Source of the DNA: Marsupella aquatica
Taxonomy: Eukaryota; Plantae; Marchantiophyta
DNA: 64,000 bases
Reading direction: 5' to 3'
NCBI GenBank assembly: GCA_973895155.1
Contig: OZ316896.1
Location: 2,108,001-2,172,000 of the forward strand
This document shows, in pieces, positions 32,709-46,510 of this stretch (its first letter is position 1; each line of letters starts with the position of its first letter). Position numbers and translations under genes: made by a program. The notes under the pieces were generated by a model. That model was not told the DNA's origin. It did no database searches and worked only from the letters and a program-made list of their open reading frames with translations.

Positions 32709-35700
32709 GGGTTGGATCCATCTTTCAGCTTTCTGTTTTGGTGGTTCTTTGTTCGCTGTTAATGTGTTGTCAATATATGTGTTACTGTGCGCTACAACTG
32801 TCGCTCCGATTTTGAATGCCCTGACCATTTCTTGTAACTCGGCCACATTCTCTCACTGGAAGGTGGTTTTCGGGAAGAATTTGTGAGTTTGTGATTCCAA
32901 ATTCGTCAGACCCCAATTCTACTCGAAACTGCAGCTCTTATGGACCACCAGGGTTGATAAGATGCTAGGATGGGGATCATTGTAACTTGCGTATGCCATT
33001 TTGAAAGGGCACTTGCTATTCAGATTGCACTTTCTCCTTTTATAATCATTTATTTCCATTGACTACTGCAAGAAATTCTCTTGTGGAGGTTGTTGATTTA
33101 CCTATCTTCTGTCCTAGCTGTGCACTTGTGATTAGCCAGATTTGCCTTTTCTCTCATTGCATGAGAGGTTGTGAAGAAACTACGGAGGAGCACAGGACGA
33201 CGAGCAGACTAACCCAATCTAATTTTCTGTCCAGATGCAAAGTACTGGAGAATTGTTTTCCAAAGTCGATCTGATGAAGGGTTACACAATCACATGAAAG
33301 GAAAAGGCTCCAGCCAGAAGTCCAAGTTAATCTTCTGTCCAGATGCAAAATACTGACGAATTCAAAACAACAAAGAACCGTTTGCCCAACTCGATCTGAC
33401 GAATGGTTAGGCCACCAATCTGAGTCTCGTGGTTTTGTCCAATCAAATCCCAATGCAACGCCCGTCTCCTCCTGACTTCACGGTGGCAGCGAACTTCTAG
33501 ACTCATTCAGCAATGCTTGCATGTAGGCGACTGCTGTTTCGTTCCAGTGCGGCACTGTAGAGTACAAGAGGATGGTTGCAGGAGGCTGAGTGATTGAGTG
33601 GAAGGATAAACACGACACATAGCACAGGGCACATATTTGTTTGGGATATTTGATTTGTCTCGGAGTTGTGAGGACCATAGCTGGAGCACAATAAGGAATG
33701 GTAAGGTTGGGGAGATCTGGGGCCTGGGCTCTTGTTTTGTCGCGCCCTCAAGCTATTGCAGATCGTCTCGAGGTCTGTTTCACGGCTGGTTCATGTATTG
33801 CACATTTTAGGTGAGCCAATTTACAATCTAGGCATTGTGTGCAGTTTGAATTCGTGTCCTTTTCTGTATACGCTCTATGTCTGCTGCATTTAGGATATAT
33901 TAGGTTCGTAGTCTCTTCTAAGGGATCTTGATCGACAAGGCATTGTTAAACATATGTTCAAAGCTCCATCGTTTGTATAGCTCCTTTCTATGACCAGCAA
34001 TCGACACTATTGGCACGACAAAGAGCAACACTATGGGAGCAATGACAACTTAACGCCTTGGGTGGAACGAGAACCATCGGGCCCCCGGGTGAACAGAAGG
34101 TGAGCTGTGTGGAGACCAGGGGCAGCCCCTGCTGGTCTCCCTATCAAGATCAAAAACCTAGCAAATTGGTGACGGAAGTGCCAAAGGCGCTGTACAACAA
34201 GCTCGTGCTCTCGTTTGCTGGGAAGTTTAGATATTCCAAACCCCAGCCTGGATTGCAGCTTGCAACTCTTCTGACCTACATAGCCTGACTTACCCTGAAT
34301 AGCTCGTCAATGATGCAAATGCCTTGTAGGCTTTGGCTAAGTGGCCTATTTGGTTACAACAAAAACAGAGGTACAGAAATTCTTGAAAATCACTTGCGGC
34401 CATGTAGTCATCTCGTCCTGGATACCCACCTGCACGCTGCGACTTATCTCTCTGCTAGTATCCCAAAGAATTGAATGCAAGCCCTATCGTGAGGATACGA
34501 GCTCCATTGGTTGCCCTGCATATATGTAATACAATACTTTTCCAAAAGATTCAGCAATCTTCTTCCTGCATCCTTCCAGCACCACTCTCTCAATCGGATT
34601 TCAATCCAAACTGGCAGTAATTTCGTGTATGATTCGCTTTTAGTATCAAATGAAGTATCACTAACATTACATGAACTCTTCTAAGAAAATTGGCCCTTCT
34701 AAGAAAATTGGCGCTCTTTTGTTCGAAAAAAAACTTCGAAGAGAAAGCGAGAAACCAATGGGTAAAAGGGCCTTTATTGACCTAAACAATGGACACCAGT
34801 CTGCTTTACTTCCAATCTCATAAAAACAAAAGGTGGGCACCGTTCTTTGTAACTTTTCAATTTCATAAAAACAAAAACGGGGTACCATTCTTTGAGCTTC
34901 AGAGTAACAAGATCTTCTTGCTCAGCACTCAGTAATTGTGCATGAGACCGAAACCCAGGGTATGACGGACTGATGCGCAGGAGAAAGAGGTTCTCACTCC
35001 ATCTTTCCGCCCCAAATCGTGAAGAAAGGACTTGAAAATTAAAAGACTGACATCAAACACACACAGGGGATTTAGCAACTTTGCAAGGTCATGCAGCATT
35101 GCAGCAGATATCATTGTCAGGTAGGTTTCTTTTGGCAACAATTTGCACACAACCAAAAGCTGGTTTTGCATTTACGGCGCTGTGCAAAGAGTGCAAGTGC
35201 AAGAAAAGGACCTTCTATTGGCCTTACACTTATGCACGTTAGACTATACTCAGTATGAAACAAGGGCATTCTTTGGGAGGCATTAGAGTTGTACTTAATG
35301 TGGCCAAATCAGGGTGAGTCAACTGTTATTTAGGAACGGATGTAGGTTGAGCTGAGCGTTGTCACTTAGTTGAACTACTCAAGCTTCGGATAGGGCCTGA
35401 AACTCCGATAAGGGCTTCAAGATGTGCTTCACACTAAGACATTGGCAGGTCTGCTAGAGCAGAATGAGACAATTTCAAGCTCACAGCACTTGCCCCCTGA
35501 CCTCTGTCCCACAACCTCAACCAGAGTTTCATGGTTGAGTCAATCTGTGTAAGTGCTAGAGTTTAGGACTACTCATTTTTTGGGCTTAGCTGAAGTGTAT
35601 ACCCTTCATTTCATCACCTCAAATGAGTGTGCCATAACTTCTTAATATTCTTAACAGACATCCATAAGACATGACTCTAAGGAAGTTTCATAAGCTGGGC

Positions 35701-36104
35701 ACAAACCAAAACAAAACCAAACAAAACAAAATAAAGTTCCACCTCGCTACTAGACTATCATAGTGCCATCCCGGTTTGCACAGGACCAAGGCAAAAATAT
35801 CATTCTCTTGTTTTCATTTTCTAAATTCTAAAAACAATTTTAACACTGAAACTGTCTACACTGGGATGCTTAGAATCTTCTTAAATGTACATGACAGAAT
35901 TCTTACTAGGACCCAGAAAGTTCCATTAGTTGAACCAAATATTGAGTTACTGATTTCAAAATCTAGATGGCACTAAGATACTTATGGTCAGACAAGCCCA
36001 ATGCTCGTGCATTGCACATTAGTTAGTTCAAGGCATGGCAAGGTAAGTCACAGAGCATGAGGCCAACAAACAGCAACCCCGGGGGTTGTGTTTGGCGGAC
36101 CAAA

Positions 36105-36594
36105 TCTTACTTATAAAGCACCAACTACAAGCTAGAGTGAAGCCTCTAGACAGTAATTCCATGGCTCATCATGTGGATGAAAAACTCATGATTATAATGT
36201 ATGTCAAATGATAATCATATATGTTTTTTTGTCACAATTTCTATTTATATTTAAAAAATTAACTCTATGGCCTCATCATAACATATGTGTATAGAAAAAG
36301 GGATATACATAGAAAGTAATATGTTATGTATGATTATTAAGATGATGACATGTATGATAGGTTTTTTTATCATTTTATTAACCTTCAAAAAATATGAATA
36401 AAGAATATATTTTGGTGACATTTTTATTGTACTCCCCACTATTCATGTTCAAAGAAAGGTAGTCTGGTAATTGTGTTTGGCAGACCAAATGATAACAAAA
36501 AAACATATCTTCGACCAAAAAAAAGCCCTGATTCTTCCCACCCATATGACATTTGGTAAACATGGTACCATCCAGAATGGGTGGGGTCGGCTAT
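36105..36594 (+). mobile_element. Non-autonomous Helitron-like element, copy 1
   Basis: Starts A|TCTTACTTATAAAG and aligns with 45279-45652 to ~36460. Degenerate hairpin plus CTAT end near 36594. A separate Helitron-type 3' end (CTCGTGCATTGCAC..TTAG|T) lies at 36004-36026. Confidence 0.5.
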
Positions 36595-37101
36595 TATAAT
36601 GTTTAATTTAATATGATGACTAACCTGTTTGTTTGCAGTATTGCAGAGGATTGAGGTGTCCTATTGAGGTTAAAGCTTACGGTCAGCCCCCCTCCCCAAC
36701 CAATTGATACCTGCGTGGTCACAAACAGCCTGAAATTGTCGAATCCCTGGTTTCCTGAATCTTATCCGCACACTTGTAAAGTCCTCACGACTGCCTAATC
36801 CACCATTCCCCCCTGAAGGAATTGAGATTTAAAAGCGATATAGCAAGCGTTGCCCTGTTACCCATCTCCGGGTAAAGTGTTCTCCGATTGGGGGCTCTGG
36901 CATTGCAGAAATTTCTTACATTTCAATCCCGGAAGACACCTTAAAGCAGAGGAGACTAATTCAAATCCAGCTGCAGTTTCCACAAATCTCAGCTCAAAAA
37001 TCTATTGGGTATCAGCTGAAGCTTGACAGGGAAGAAGGCGTGCCGTGCAGCTGTTGCAGATTTCTACTTCGCCGGCTGCTGGCATGTGATATTGGCAGAA
37101 G

Positions 37102-38397
37102 ATGGGAGCGCTAGCTGGTGATGGCCTTGGAAGTGTACTGGCAGCTGGATCTCTGTTCGGTGGAGGTGGGGCTAGAGTGTACTCGCTGAGTTCTGGGGGA
37201 GCATGTCCTTCTTTACACACTGCAGTTCAGGTTGGAGCGTTAGGGTTTTCTCAATGTCCATGCTTTTGTGGAAAATTGTTTAGTCCAATTGCCAGGTCGA
37301 CACGCCGTCCAATTCGAAAGAGTTTCTGGTCCCTTCGAAATCTCGGATTTCGATCCCAATTGCCAGGGCATGATGATAACGAGAAGAGTAATCCTGAGGA
37401 TTTAGAGCCGTCGTTTGATGACAGAATACCTCCGTCTCCTAGTGCGGATCTATCCGATGGGGAAGGCCCTGGAAGAAGGGGAGGACAACCACAACCGAGG
37501 ATTCCTTACGGATTGGTGACAGCTCTGGCGTCGGTAGGTTTCGTTGAGACTTCATATCTGACCTGGTCGAAATTGAATGGGGCAACTGTGGCCTGTGGTA
37601 TAGACGGGAGTGGGAGTTGTTCTGATGTGCTTGATAGCAGCTACGCAACTGTATTCGGGATTCCATTACCATTGATTGGCCTGTTTGCATATGGGACCCT
37701 AGCTGTGCTTGGTGGCATTCGGTTGTTGAGCAGCAGCTCCTCCTCAAATTCAAACTGGGTAGAGGAGGAAAAGTGGGTTCGCTGGCTGTCGCTGGGGATC
37801 ACAGCAGCCACGGGTACTGCGAGTATTTACTTCATGTACATTTTGATCGTAAAGCTGGAAGGAGCTTCTTGTGCATACTGTGTCAGCTCTGCAGTCCTCT
37901 CCCTCAGTTTGCTTCTCTGCTCTCTACAGGGTTTTACTAGAAAGGACATAACCAAAGTGGCAGGTTTGCAGGTGGCTGTTGGAGCATTGGTGGTCCTCGC
38001 ACTGTCTGTAGCATATGATGGCTATGATAATGATCTTGTGAGGGCCCAAGACTTGGATCTTCCCTTTGTGGAACCTGAGGTCGTGACTTCCTCTTCGCCT
38101 CGGATGATTTCTCTTGCCAAACATCTTCAATCGATTGGTGCAAGAATGTATGGAGCATTCTGGTGTTCGCACTGCTATGAGCAAAAGCAGATGTTGGGAC
38201 GGGAAGCAATGAACTATGTGGAGTATGTTGAATGCTACCCTGAAGGTTACAGGAAAGGAGTGTCCATTGCAAAGGCATGTGATGAGGCTAATATTCAAGG
38301 GTTTCCAACGTGGATTATTAAGGGCCAGATTCTCTCTGGGGAACAGGAGCTGGACGATCTTGCGAAAGCCTCTGGGTTTGACAGAGCACAATTCTAA
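37102..38397 (+). CDS. LTO1: Lumen thiol oxidoreductase 1 (VKOR domain + thioredoxin-like domain), chloroplast-targeted, intronless, 431 aa
   Basis: Transit-peptide-like N-terminus. VKOR motifs GFVETSYLT, C-x7-C (CGIDGSGSC), VLDSSYATVFGIPL, CAYC. Trx-like motifs LAKHLQSIGARMYGAFWCSHCYEQKQM, YVECYPEG, IQGFPTWII. Confidence 0.95.
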   Translation: MGALAGDGLGSVLAAGSLFGGGGARVYSLSSGGACPSLHTAVQVGALGFSQCPCFCGKLFSPIARSTRRPIRKSFWSLRNLGFRSQLPGHDDNEKSNPEDLEPSFDDRIPPSPSADLSDGEGPGRRGGQPQPRIPYGLVTALASVGFVETSYLTWSKLNGATVACGIDGSGSCSDVLDSSYATVFGIPLPLIGLFAYGTLAVLGGIRLLSSSSSSNSNWVEEEKWVRWLSLGITAATGTASIYFMYILIVKLEGASCAYCVSSAVLSLSLLLCSLQGFTRKDITKVAGLQVAVGALVVLALSVAYDGYDNDLVRAQDLDLPFVEPEVVTSSSPRMISLAKHLQSIGARMYGAFWCSHCYEQKQMLGREAMNYVEYVECYPEGYRKGVSIAKACDEANIQGFPTWIIKGQILSGEQELDDLAKASGFDRAQF

Positions 38398-41300
38398 TAG
38401 CACAGTACATGCAGATTGTATATTTTGGGAATGCTGTATGTGTAATGGTCAACAACTTAAAATATAATTCGTTCATACCTTTTTTCAAGCATATGTCAAC
38501 TAGCCTACAGTTGAATGTTATGAGATATCTACGTGTATGCATCTGTTGTTTATCATGAAGGTTCTGAGCTCGGTCGAACATATTGAGTAAAGACTGGAAC
38601 GTTTGGGACAAGTGTCCAGAGTACCACTGAAACAAATTGAAAAAGGCTATGTGCCTTGTCAAGAGAACAGATTCTCATTGCGGAATGCAGCAAAATTGCA
38701 GGGTCCTAATGGACAGGGTTTGGGAATGCCCATACTAAACAGTCAATCACAAAAGGTGTTTTGAGTCCGAAACAAGTTTTTGAACAACTTGGGTACGAGG
38801 AAAAAATGAGTTCCTAAGCTTCCCGAGGGCTACTTCAGCAAATGCCGTCTACTTTGTGTCTGCAACAACCATGACCGGAGAGCTTGTTAAGCAGCAAAGT
38901 GTTTCTAATCTTATTTGGGATGCCTTTCCTGGATTCAAGATTAAATGCAATTACTTCTGGCATGTGCTGAGCATGATTTCGAAATGCCAGACTACAACTG
39001 AGAACGAATTTCAGATCAAACATCACCAGTGGTATTTTCATTTAGGAATTACGATTTTGCCTGGCCCAACTGACAGGCTTTGGGAAGATCTTACCATTTT
39101 GCAAGTAGCCCTGATCAAGTTGGCAACGGCCTCCTACCCTGGTAAAGCATTGCCCAAATTTCACATTACTGGTAGAATCGAACTGGTACATGCAAACTCA
39201 GGTAGATACAAATGTCTCTGCCACATCTGATAAGCTTCGAATTCAGCTTCATAGATATGGATGATTCTAATCAGGAAGGGTAGTTCCCTCTGGAAACAAT
39301 ACCTTTGACAGACTTCTTGTCCTGCTGCCAAATTCTTCCAGCTTGGAAGACCTACACTCGCACAGGAATCTGGTAGAAAGGAGCAAGATCCAAACATGCT
39401 CGAAGTGGAGACTGGAACAACAATTCTAGTGATCAGTATTCGAGCCAATAAATATGGCATGAGGTGATTTACCGTGCCAATTAGTGCCTTGCCGCTTCAA
39501 TGACTAAAACTTGGTCTACAGGAAGAGACGTTAAAAAGGCACACAATTGCCAAAAGTTTTTGGAGACAGGAATGCACAAAGCTCTACTAAAGTCTAGTCC
39601 CCACCAGCTTGGGAGGAGGGATGGGCTTAATCACCTTGGATCACAGGTCACCACTCTGGTGATCCGAGCCTACAAATCTCAAAAGGAATCTGCAGGACTA
39701 AAGCATACAAAGGTCCATATATACTAAGATTTGGTTAGAGTACAAGAGCTACCATGTTCTACAGATTTCATGCTGAAGCTCTTTGTCCATGCCCATCATT
39801 GGACAAAGAGCTGCACACAGGAGAGCTGCAGAAATTTATGGGGCTGCAGAGCGAATCTAGACACAGCTATGGTACTGCTGAAATGCTGTGAGGTGGGCTC
39901 TTGTGAGGAGCTTGACCCCCTTTTCTGCTTGAGAAGTTGTCTCCAATCAAGTACAGAACGACAGGAGAACGAATTTAGTGACAAAGTGGCATTAAAATAC
40001 AAACGTAGGTGGAGAAAAAAAACCCCTATTTAGGAAATTGATTCTTCTTCCCTACAGCCCTCCCCTGATTGCTCTTTGTGATCGTAAGAGTTATTACTCA
40101 GCACAATGATTTGGAAGGCAGAGGAAAGAAATTGAGAAATGCGCGAAACAGCCCACCCAGAGGAGTCACATGTCACGGAATGCCCACCAGACTATTTTCG
40201 CAACAAGACCGAGTTTAACTGTAGAGAGAATTGGTTAGGCTAAAGCTTCCCAAAGGCCTCACATGAGGGCATTGCCCCAAAAGCACTTCGGGCTACCTGC
40301 CCTCAGGCTTTATTTGGGATTATGTTCATCAATTATTTGGGATCCTAGGAAAGAAAAGACTAAGTCTAATGCTGACACTTTTGTTGTTGGGAATTACTCC
40401 CCAATCTAGTGCCACACTAGATTTCATGTTACCTTTTGCTCTAAGAGCATCTCCCTCTGCCCTAGGTAAGAGGACTGACTTGACATAGTAGTGGCGAAGC
40501 AAAGTTGAATGCAGAACATCTCCCCCCATTGGCCTTTGGCATCGCCATAAAATGGGTCTCAGCCTGCTTAAAGTCCATACCTCCAATTTGGGCAAAGTAG
40601 CAGCCTTCAAATTGTTTCATAATTTGCATTATGTGGTGCACACATAGACAAATTCCTTATGTATGCACCAATGCTGACCAGACCCAGCATTGACAAAGAA
40701 GTTTGGCTCGGACTACGTTTTCTCCCTTCTTGCTGTGGCTGCTAATGATATCACATCTTCTCGGATAAAATGTTTAATATTTTCCTCCACGTTGGAAATA
40801 AGGTAGATAAACTTTGTCTGCCAATGGTCCAATCAGTCTGTCATTGGCATAATGAACTTGACCATGGCAGTGGTCCAATCAGGGTCCCAAAGTGGGCAAC
40901 CAGCGGCCAGGGAGATAATGAGCATTCCAAAATCCTTTGAAAGGTAAAATACCAAAGTTTTTTTTGCAGGGCATGTGCAAACCTGGTCATCCCTACCATA
41001 TTTGCCAAGATTTGACCAAGCAAGATTTTATGGTTTCAGCGGTTTCAGGTTATTTACAACATTGACCAATTCAGATTTAAGTGTACAGAACTGAGGGTGG
41101 CTTTGCATGACATGTGGACAGGTAGTCTTCTTTTCATTCCCTGTAAGATTGTTTAAATGGCGTAATGAGAGGAAAATGCTGCAATTGACTTTAGAAGAAC
41201 TTGGGGCCCCCTCCAGGTTCTGGGGTTTGTCAATCCTAGATGGTAGTGGGCCAGAGTAAGTGTTTATTTGGAATGCTTATTTTGTCTAGAACTTTAGTTA

Positions 41301-43453
41301 CCTCTAGGGTGGTCCAAGCATTTCCAAACTTTTGCTCCTTCATTTCCAAACTTTTGCTCCTTCATTCATTCAAAGGAGTTGTATTTATTGAAGTTCATTT
41401 CAAAATATCTTTGGTAAGAAGTGGCCTCTAATTTGCTTTGGTGGAAAATGCACACACTTGAAACTGCCATGGTTTGCTACCATTGTTTTTTTTAGTGGCA
41501 AAAATTTGCTAGATCCACCTCCCCAAAACTCTTTCGCCACTTTTGGCAAAAATTTGCTACAATTTTGCTGTCTCATTAGCCAGTGTTCCACCTAATCCCA
41601 GGCCCCATTAGCCAAAATCTAATGGTCAGCCTTAAATCTAGGGAGATGTGACCTTCAGGAAAATAATTGAATAGGGAATATTTTGAGCATCTTCTCCTTC
41701 ACACACTTTACATTAACCACTCTGGCTAAAAAGTGAAATCCTTAAAAAATACACTGTTTGCTACCCTCAAAGGGTTATTGTTTATTTGTCAGTGCACAAA
41801 ACTCTGGAGTCAGTACATGCCTTTTGTCTATGCGGCCTCCTGGTTCCCATTGACAAACTTTGACCAGCAGGATACGAGTGAGGATGTGTGTCGAATGAAG
41901 TAGACTTAGTGTATAATCTCATAAGAACTTGTGCTGGCTGTAGAAATTTTCACCCTAACCCTTTTTCTGTCCACCCTCACAACACTTTAAATTTGGCCGT
42001 GAAGGGTTCCAGTGGGAATCGCTGACAGATTCAAGTGTCCCCCACACAGTCCTGTAAAGTCATCCTCAATTGTTGGTACTACAGTAGATTGACTTGGGCG
42101 TATACTACTTTGTTTTGGTGGCTTGTGAGAGGGAAAGTTGTTGCCAGCATTTAGTGGCAACGTTTCACCAAATTCCAACTCAATCCAGAAACTGTAGCCA
42201 CTTTGGCATTTGCCCTAGCTGTTGGGTTCCATTATCCAAATTTTCACCAAGTCACATGGCCTCTTAACCACAATTGATGGAGAGATATTACAGTCAAAAA
42301 CAAATCTCCGAAGTTGAAGTAAAGAATAATCCTGTCAATTCCTGTTCCACACAAGATAACATTTGCCACCCTGACTAATAAAAAAGAAACCTTAAAAAGA
42401 TCCTGCTTTTTGCCTTGGATAAAGCTTCTCATGGGCATCACCACCTCCTATGATTTTTATTTTTTTTGCCTCGATAAAACCAATTTAATTCATTCAAAAA
42501 GCCAACATACAACAGGGGTGACCGGTCAACACCCAGGTGGACCCAATGGTCATTAAGCCACAAAAGCCCCGTGGGGCGGCACCAGGGAAGAAACATACGC
42601 AGAACGGGAGCTAAACTAGAAATTTAACAACTGCAAAAAGAGCAGCAAAATTCTTGTGGTTAGACCAATCAACGGATATACACGTTGTAGAGTCTGTAGG
42701 CGCCAGTGATGTGTACCTCCTATGGTTTCTATACTCATTGCATTGCAAGGCATGTCATATCGTTATTAATATATCATGGCTTCAAAGAAGGAAGTGGTTT
42801 GAAACGAGGGCAGCAAAATCTGTACACGCTCATTACCTGTCAAAGAGCATTATTTTTGGAAGTATCTGCTTAAATTCGTAGAAAACAATTCAAAAATAAC
42901 CCAGTCAAGATAGATTCAAATAATGAAAATCACCAAAGTAGGAATACTGACAGAATTTGACTTGTGTCTATACTATATGTTTATTCCGATTCCGTAGGTA
43001 ACTTTAGTGATTTTTCCGTACTACGTAATAAGAAAGAGAATACAGATAAGAAATGATTTGCAATACCAAATAAAGGTCGAAGAATGTTTCGTTGTTTTCA
43101 TTACTCTAAAGAGGAATATAAGGACTGGATCAACTGGCAGGTCAGCAGTGAAGCACACATGGACTGCTAAAACCGGTATAGACTAGCAAACATGTCAAAA
43201 GGCTGGGTAACACACTTTAAACAGTTTGACTGAAGTGACCTGTAAATACGGAAGTTACCCAGTTTACAGCATGTTTCAGTTACGTTACCTGGTACCTTGT
43301 TTTAGTAGCTAAAGTCATGGCCATCCTCTAAAGCTCATTCGTCATATTTCTTCTGTTACTCAAAGCATCCTTCAGTCCAGACTGTGGCCTGAAGTACTCA
43401 TGCTGTTCATAGTAAAACCAAAATGTCCAGAGTGCAGCCCAAAGTACTCATGG

Positions 43454-43612
43454 GAGAGATTTTCTTGGTGGGACCTCAAATGGAAATGTTTTACTTAATA
43501 GGACCCTTGAAAGTTCAGGTCCGCCTATTCAAGGTAAATCAACGGTGTGGATCACTCGGGGGTCCTATCAAGTAAAACATTTTCATTTGGGGTCCCACCA
43601 AGCAAATCCCTC
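43454..43612. mobile_element. Mutator-like MITE, 159 bp
   Basis: ~52-bp imperfect TIRs (GAGAGATTTTCTTGGTGGGACC.CAAATG.AAATGTTTTACTT.ATAGGACCC / reverse). 9-bp TSD TACTCATGG at 43445-43453 and 43613-43621. Confidence 0.9.
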
Positions 43613-45278
43613 TACTCATGGAGTCCTTAGTACCAATGGAGGTTCCGGGGTTCAAGCTAGTCATAGGTCCTTTCGCCCAACTACTTAGGGCATCGCCCTT
43701 CACAAAAGAGTCCTTTTGCCCACACTACTTAGGGCATGGACCTTCACAGAGTGGAGCTTCCTTCCTAAAATTGAGAAGTAGTGCTCACGCCTGAACTACC
43801 GAGAGTGTCTTCACAAAAGTGAAATGTACATTTTCAGCTGTTTTATAATATTTGACTATCTTCGTGCTCAACCATCTGAAGTGGAGCAAATGAGATGCAA
43901 AAGTTGTCCCAATATGTCCTTGCAAAGTTTACAAGTTACAAGTTGACCTTCATGATGTCACAATAATCAAACTTGTTTGTTAAAGTTTTTTTGGAAACAC
44001 AAGGGAATCAACAAGTGAAGGTGTAAAAGGTGTTATGGTCTGTGGGAGTTGTCATGGTTGACGGGCTTGGTCAGTCCAGGCTTCAACTTCATAGAAACCA
44101 ATTTTATCTGTATGATTGGGCACTTTTCCGTGCAGCACCATTGTTTGTGTGCCATTATTCTTTCCTTGCAAGGTATATATCACAGTTCCAAATACAACAT
44201 TCCAAACCTTGAGACATGGAGGATCAGTCCATGGGAGCAAACAATAAATCTTAACCTATTGCAAGGAAAAAATTACCTCACAATACCATTTTTTTCTCAT
44301 GCAATGAAAAAGACACCACTGTCTTTGCTAGCAAATTTACAGCCTTGCTAGACAAAACTTGGTTCCAGTACCTTAAATTTATATAATTGTCATTTTTTCA
44401 GAAAGTTAAGTTTTTTATTCCTTCTTGGTTAGCCACTAGGATTTTAACAAATGAACTAGAATCCACCTCCTACAAAACATCCATCCGTTGGCATAGAGTA
44501 GAAACAGAGGTACTATGCACACACCAGGACTTGTTAGCAATCGGATTTGCCCCCACTAGCAATACCCTTTGTCGCTGACAAAAATTCCTCCTTCCTTGCA
44601 TCTTACAAACCGCATGAGGTAAGATCTCAAAGGCAGGAGACCCAAGAAAGGGGAAAATCACATGAAGACCAAAGAGCCAACAACGAAGTCACACACAATG
44701 GAGCTAATCTTGGGTTGGTGGAAGACTTAGACTCTCCTGGTCTTGCACCCCCTGGTCTTGCATGGCTGCTTGCCAGCAAAAGGTTTGTTACATGGAATAG
44801 TAGCCATTGATGAACTTGGACGGAATCCCAAGGACCCTCAGAAAAGGAAGGGGGCCCAATAAGAGAGAAACGGAATAAATATTGAGAGAAATATATATAT
44901 ATGTGTCAGAATACCAAAGAAAAAAAAGGCGTGAAACTGGGAGACAGGTCCAAAGGCATGAGACCCAATAAAGAGAAGAAAACAAGAGTACTACCCCATG
45001 ACCACCAAATAGCCAAAAGACAACAAGTCCCCCACTACTGCAAAGGAACCTACTGGGCACGTTAAGTTCATGTGAATCACCTTGTTTGTCAAAATATTCC
45101 CATGGACCATTGCCACCCAAAACAACCAACACCGTCCTTTGGGCTCTAATAGAGCCTAGTGCCTTGTTGAAGGCTGAATCTCCAATAATATATATATATA
45201 TATATAACTAATCAAAGAAATTACTGGATGCGGCTTCACTTATACTAGATACATAGATACCTATGTCTTAGTCAATTA

Positions 45279-45652
45279 TCTTATTTATAAAGTACCAACC
45301 ACAAGCTAGAGTTGGGGGCTAGGCTTCTAGAGTGAAGCCTCTAGACGGTAGCTCCATGGTCCACCATGTGAATGGGAAATTTTATGACTATGATGTATGT
45401 CAAATGATAATTCTTGTTATTTATTTTACATTCAAAAAAGGTACTCTATGGCCCCACCATAACATATGTGCATAGAAAGAGGATTGTATACAGAGAGGAA
45501 AATGGTATGTTATATATAATTATTAAAATGATGACATGCATGATAATTTTGTATCATTTCATAAACATTCAAAGAATGTGAATAGGAAACATACTTTGGT
45601 GACAATTTTCTTGTCTTCTCCTCATGTTCAAAAAACGGGTAGTGGGGGCTAG
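45279..45652 (+). mobile_element. Non-autonomous Helitron-like element, copy 2
   Basis: A|TCTTATTTATAAAG 5' end, GGGGGCTAG|T 3' end, no TSD, homologous to 36105-36460. Confidence 0.6.
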
Positions 45653-46199
45653 TTGTATTAAATTACTCGTTATGGCTACAGTCTAGAGTGATAGGTCATG
45701 GGTCAATTATTGTGTAAATTGACTTCCTATGGTTTACTGTACAGCATAGGTCATGAATAGTAACTTAGATCCCTAATAATCTATCTAATTGGGCATCTCA
45801 AAGCTGACAATTTGATGGATCTTAACTCTCTAGTTGGACACAAAACATTAGGGACTACAAAATTCTTAATCCATAACTTTTTGCCATAAAGATTGGTCTT
45901 ATGCTACTACCATTAGTCACTATAGAGGTTGGTGAAAGAAAAAATATTTTAAAATGTTAAATAACTCTATGAAAAAAGTATGACCATTTCTTTCAGGCAT
46001 TTGTTATGAAAAATTGTGATCATGTTTCCATTATGCATCATCCATAGTTTTGAAGCTTTTGAGTCTTCCTAATAGTACCCAAACCATCTTTATTATATTT
46101 ACTACGAGCCTTATGCCAGTGCCTTGCCAGGAGGGCCGGCCCATTGGGAGCTGGGCTGAGGTATTTATGGGGCAGCACATTTCTTTCATCACTGGTCAG

Positions 46200-46510
46200 G
46201 AAAACAGGTAATCTAATCCTACTGGTGTGTATCTTTTACACCCATTAACTTCTTTGTATCATGAAAAACAGGTAATCTAATCCAACTGCTGTCTGTCTTT
46301 TACACCCATTAACTTCTTTGTATCATGAAGACACGGACTAAAATTCCTTATTATAATTGTAGATATATGTAACCAAAAAATTGCGGGATTCCTTACTATA
46401 ATTGAAGATATATGTAACCAAAAAAATGCGGGATTCCTTACTATAATTGAAGATATATGTAACCAACAAAAAATGCAGGATTCCTTATTATAATTGTAGA
46501 TATATGCAAC
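46200..46510. repeat. Tandem repeats upstream of the GT47 gene (~65-bp x2 and ~42-bp x4)
   Basis: AAAACAGGTAATCTAATCC...TTTTACACCCATTAACTTCTTTGTATCATGAA twice, then ATTCCTTA.TATAATTG.AGATATATGTAACCAAAA four times. Confidence 0.9.

Noticed and set aside
38800-43400. Scattered ORFs and splice-like signals suggesting a minus-strand gene
   Set aside because: I could not assemble a consistent reading frame or recognise any domain.
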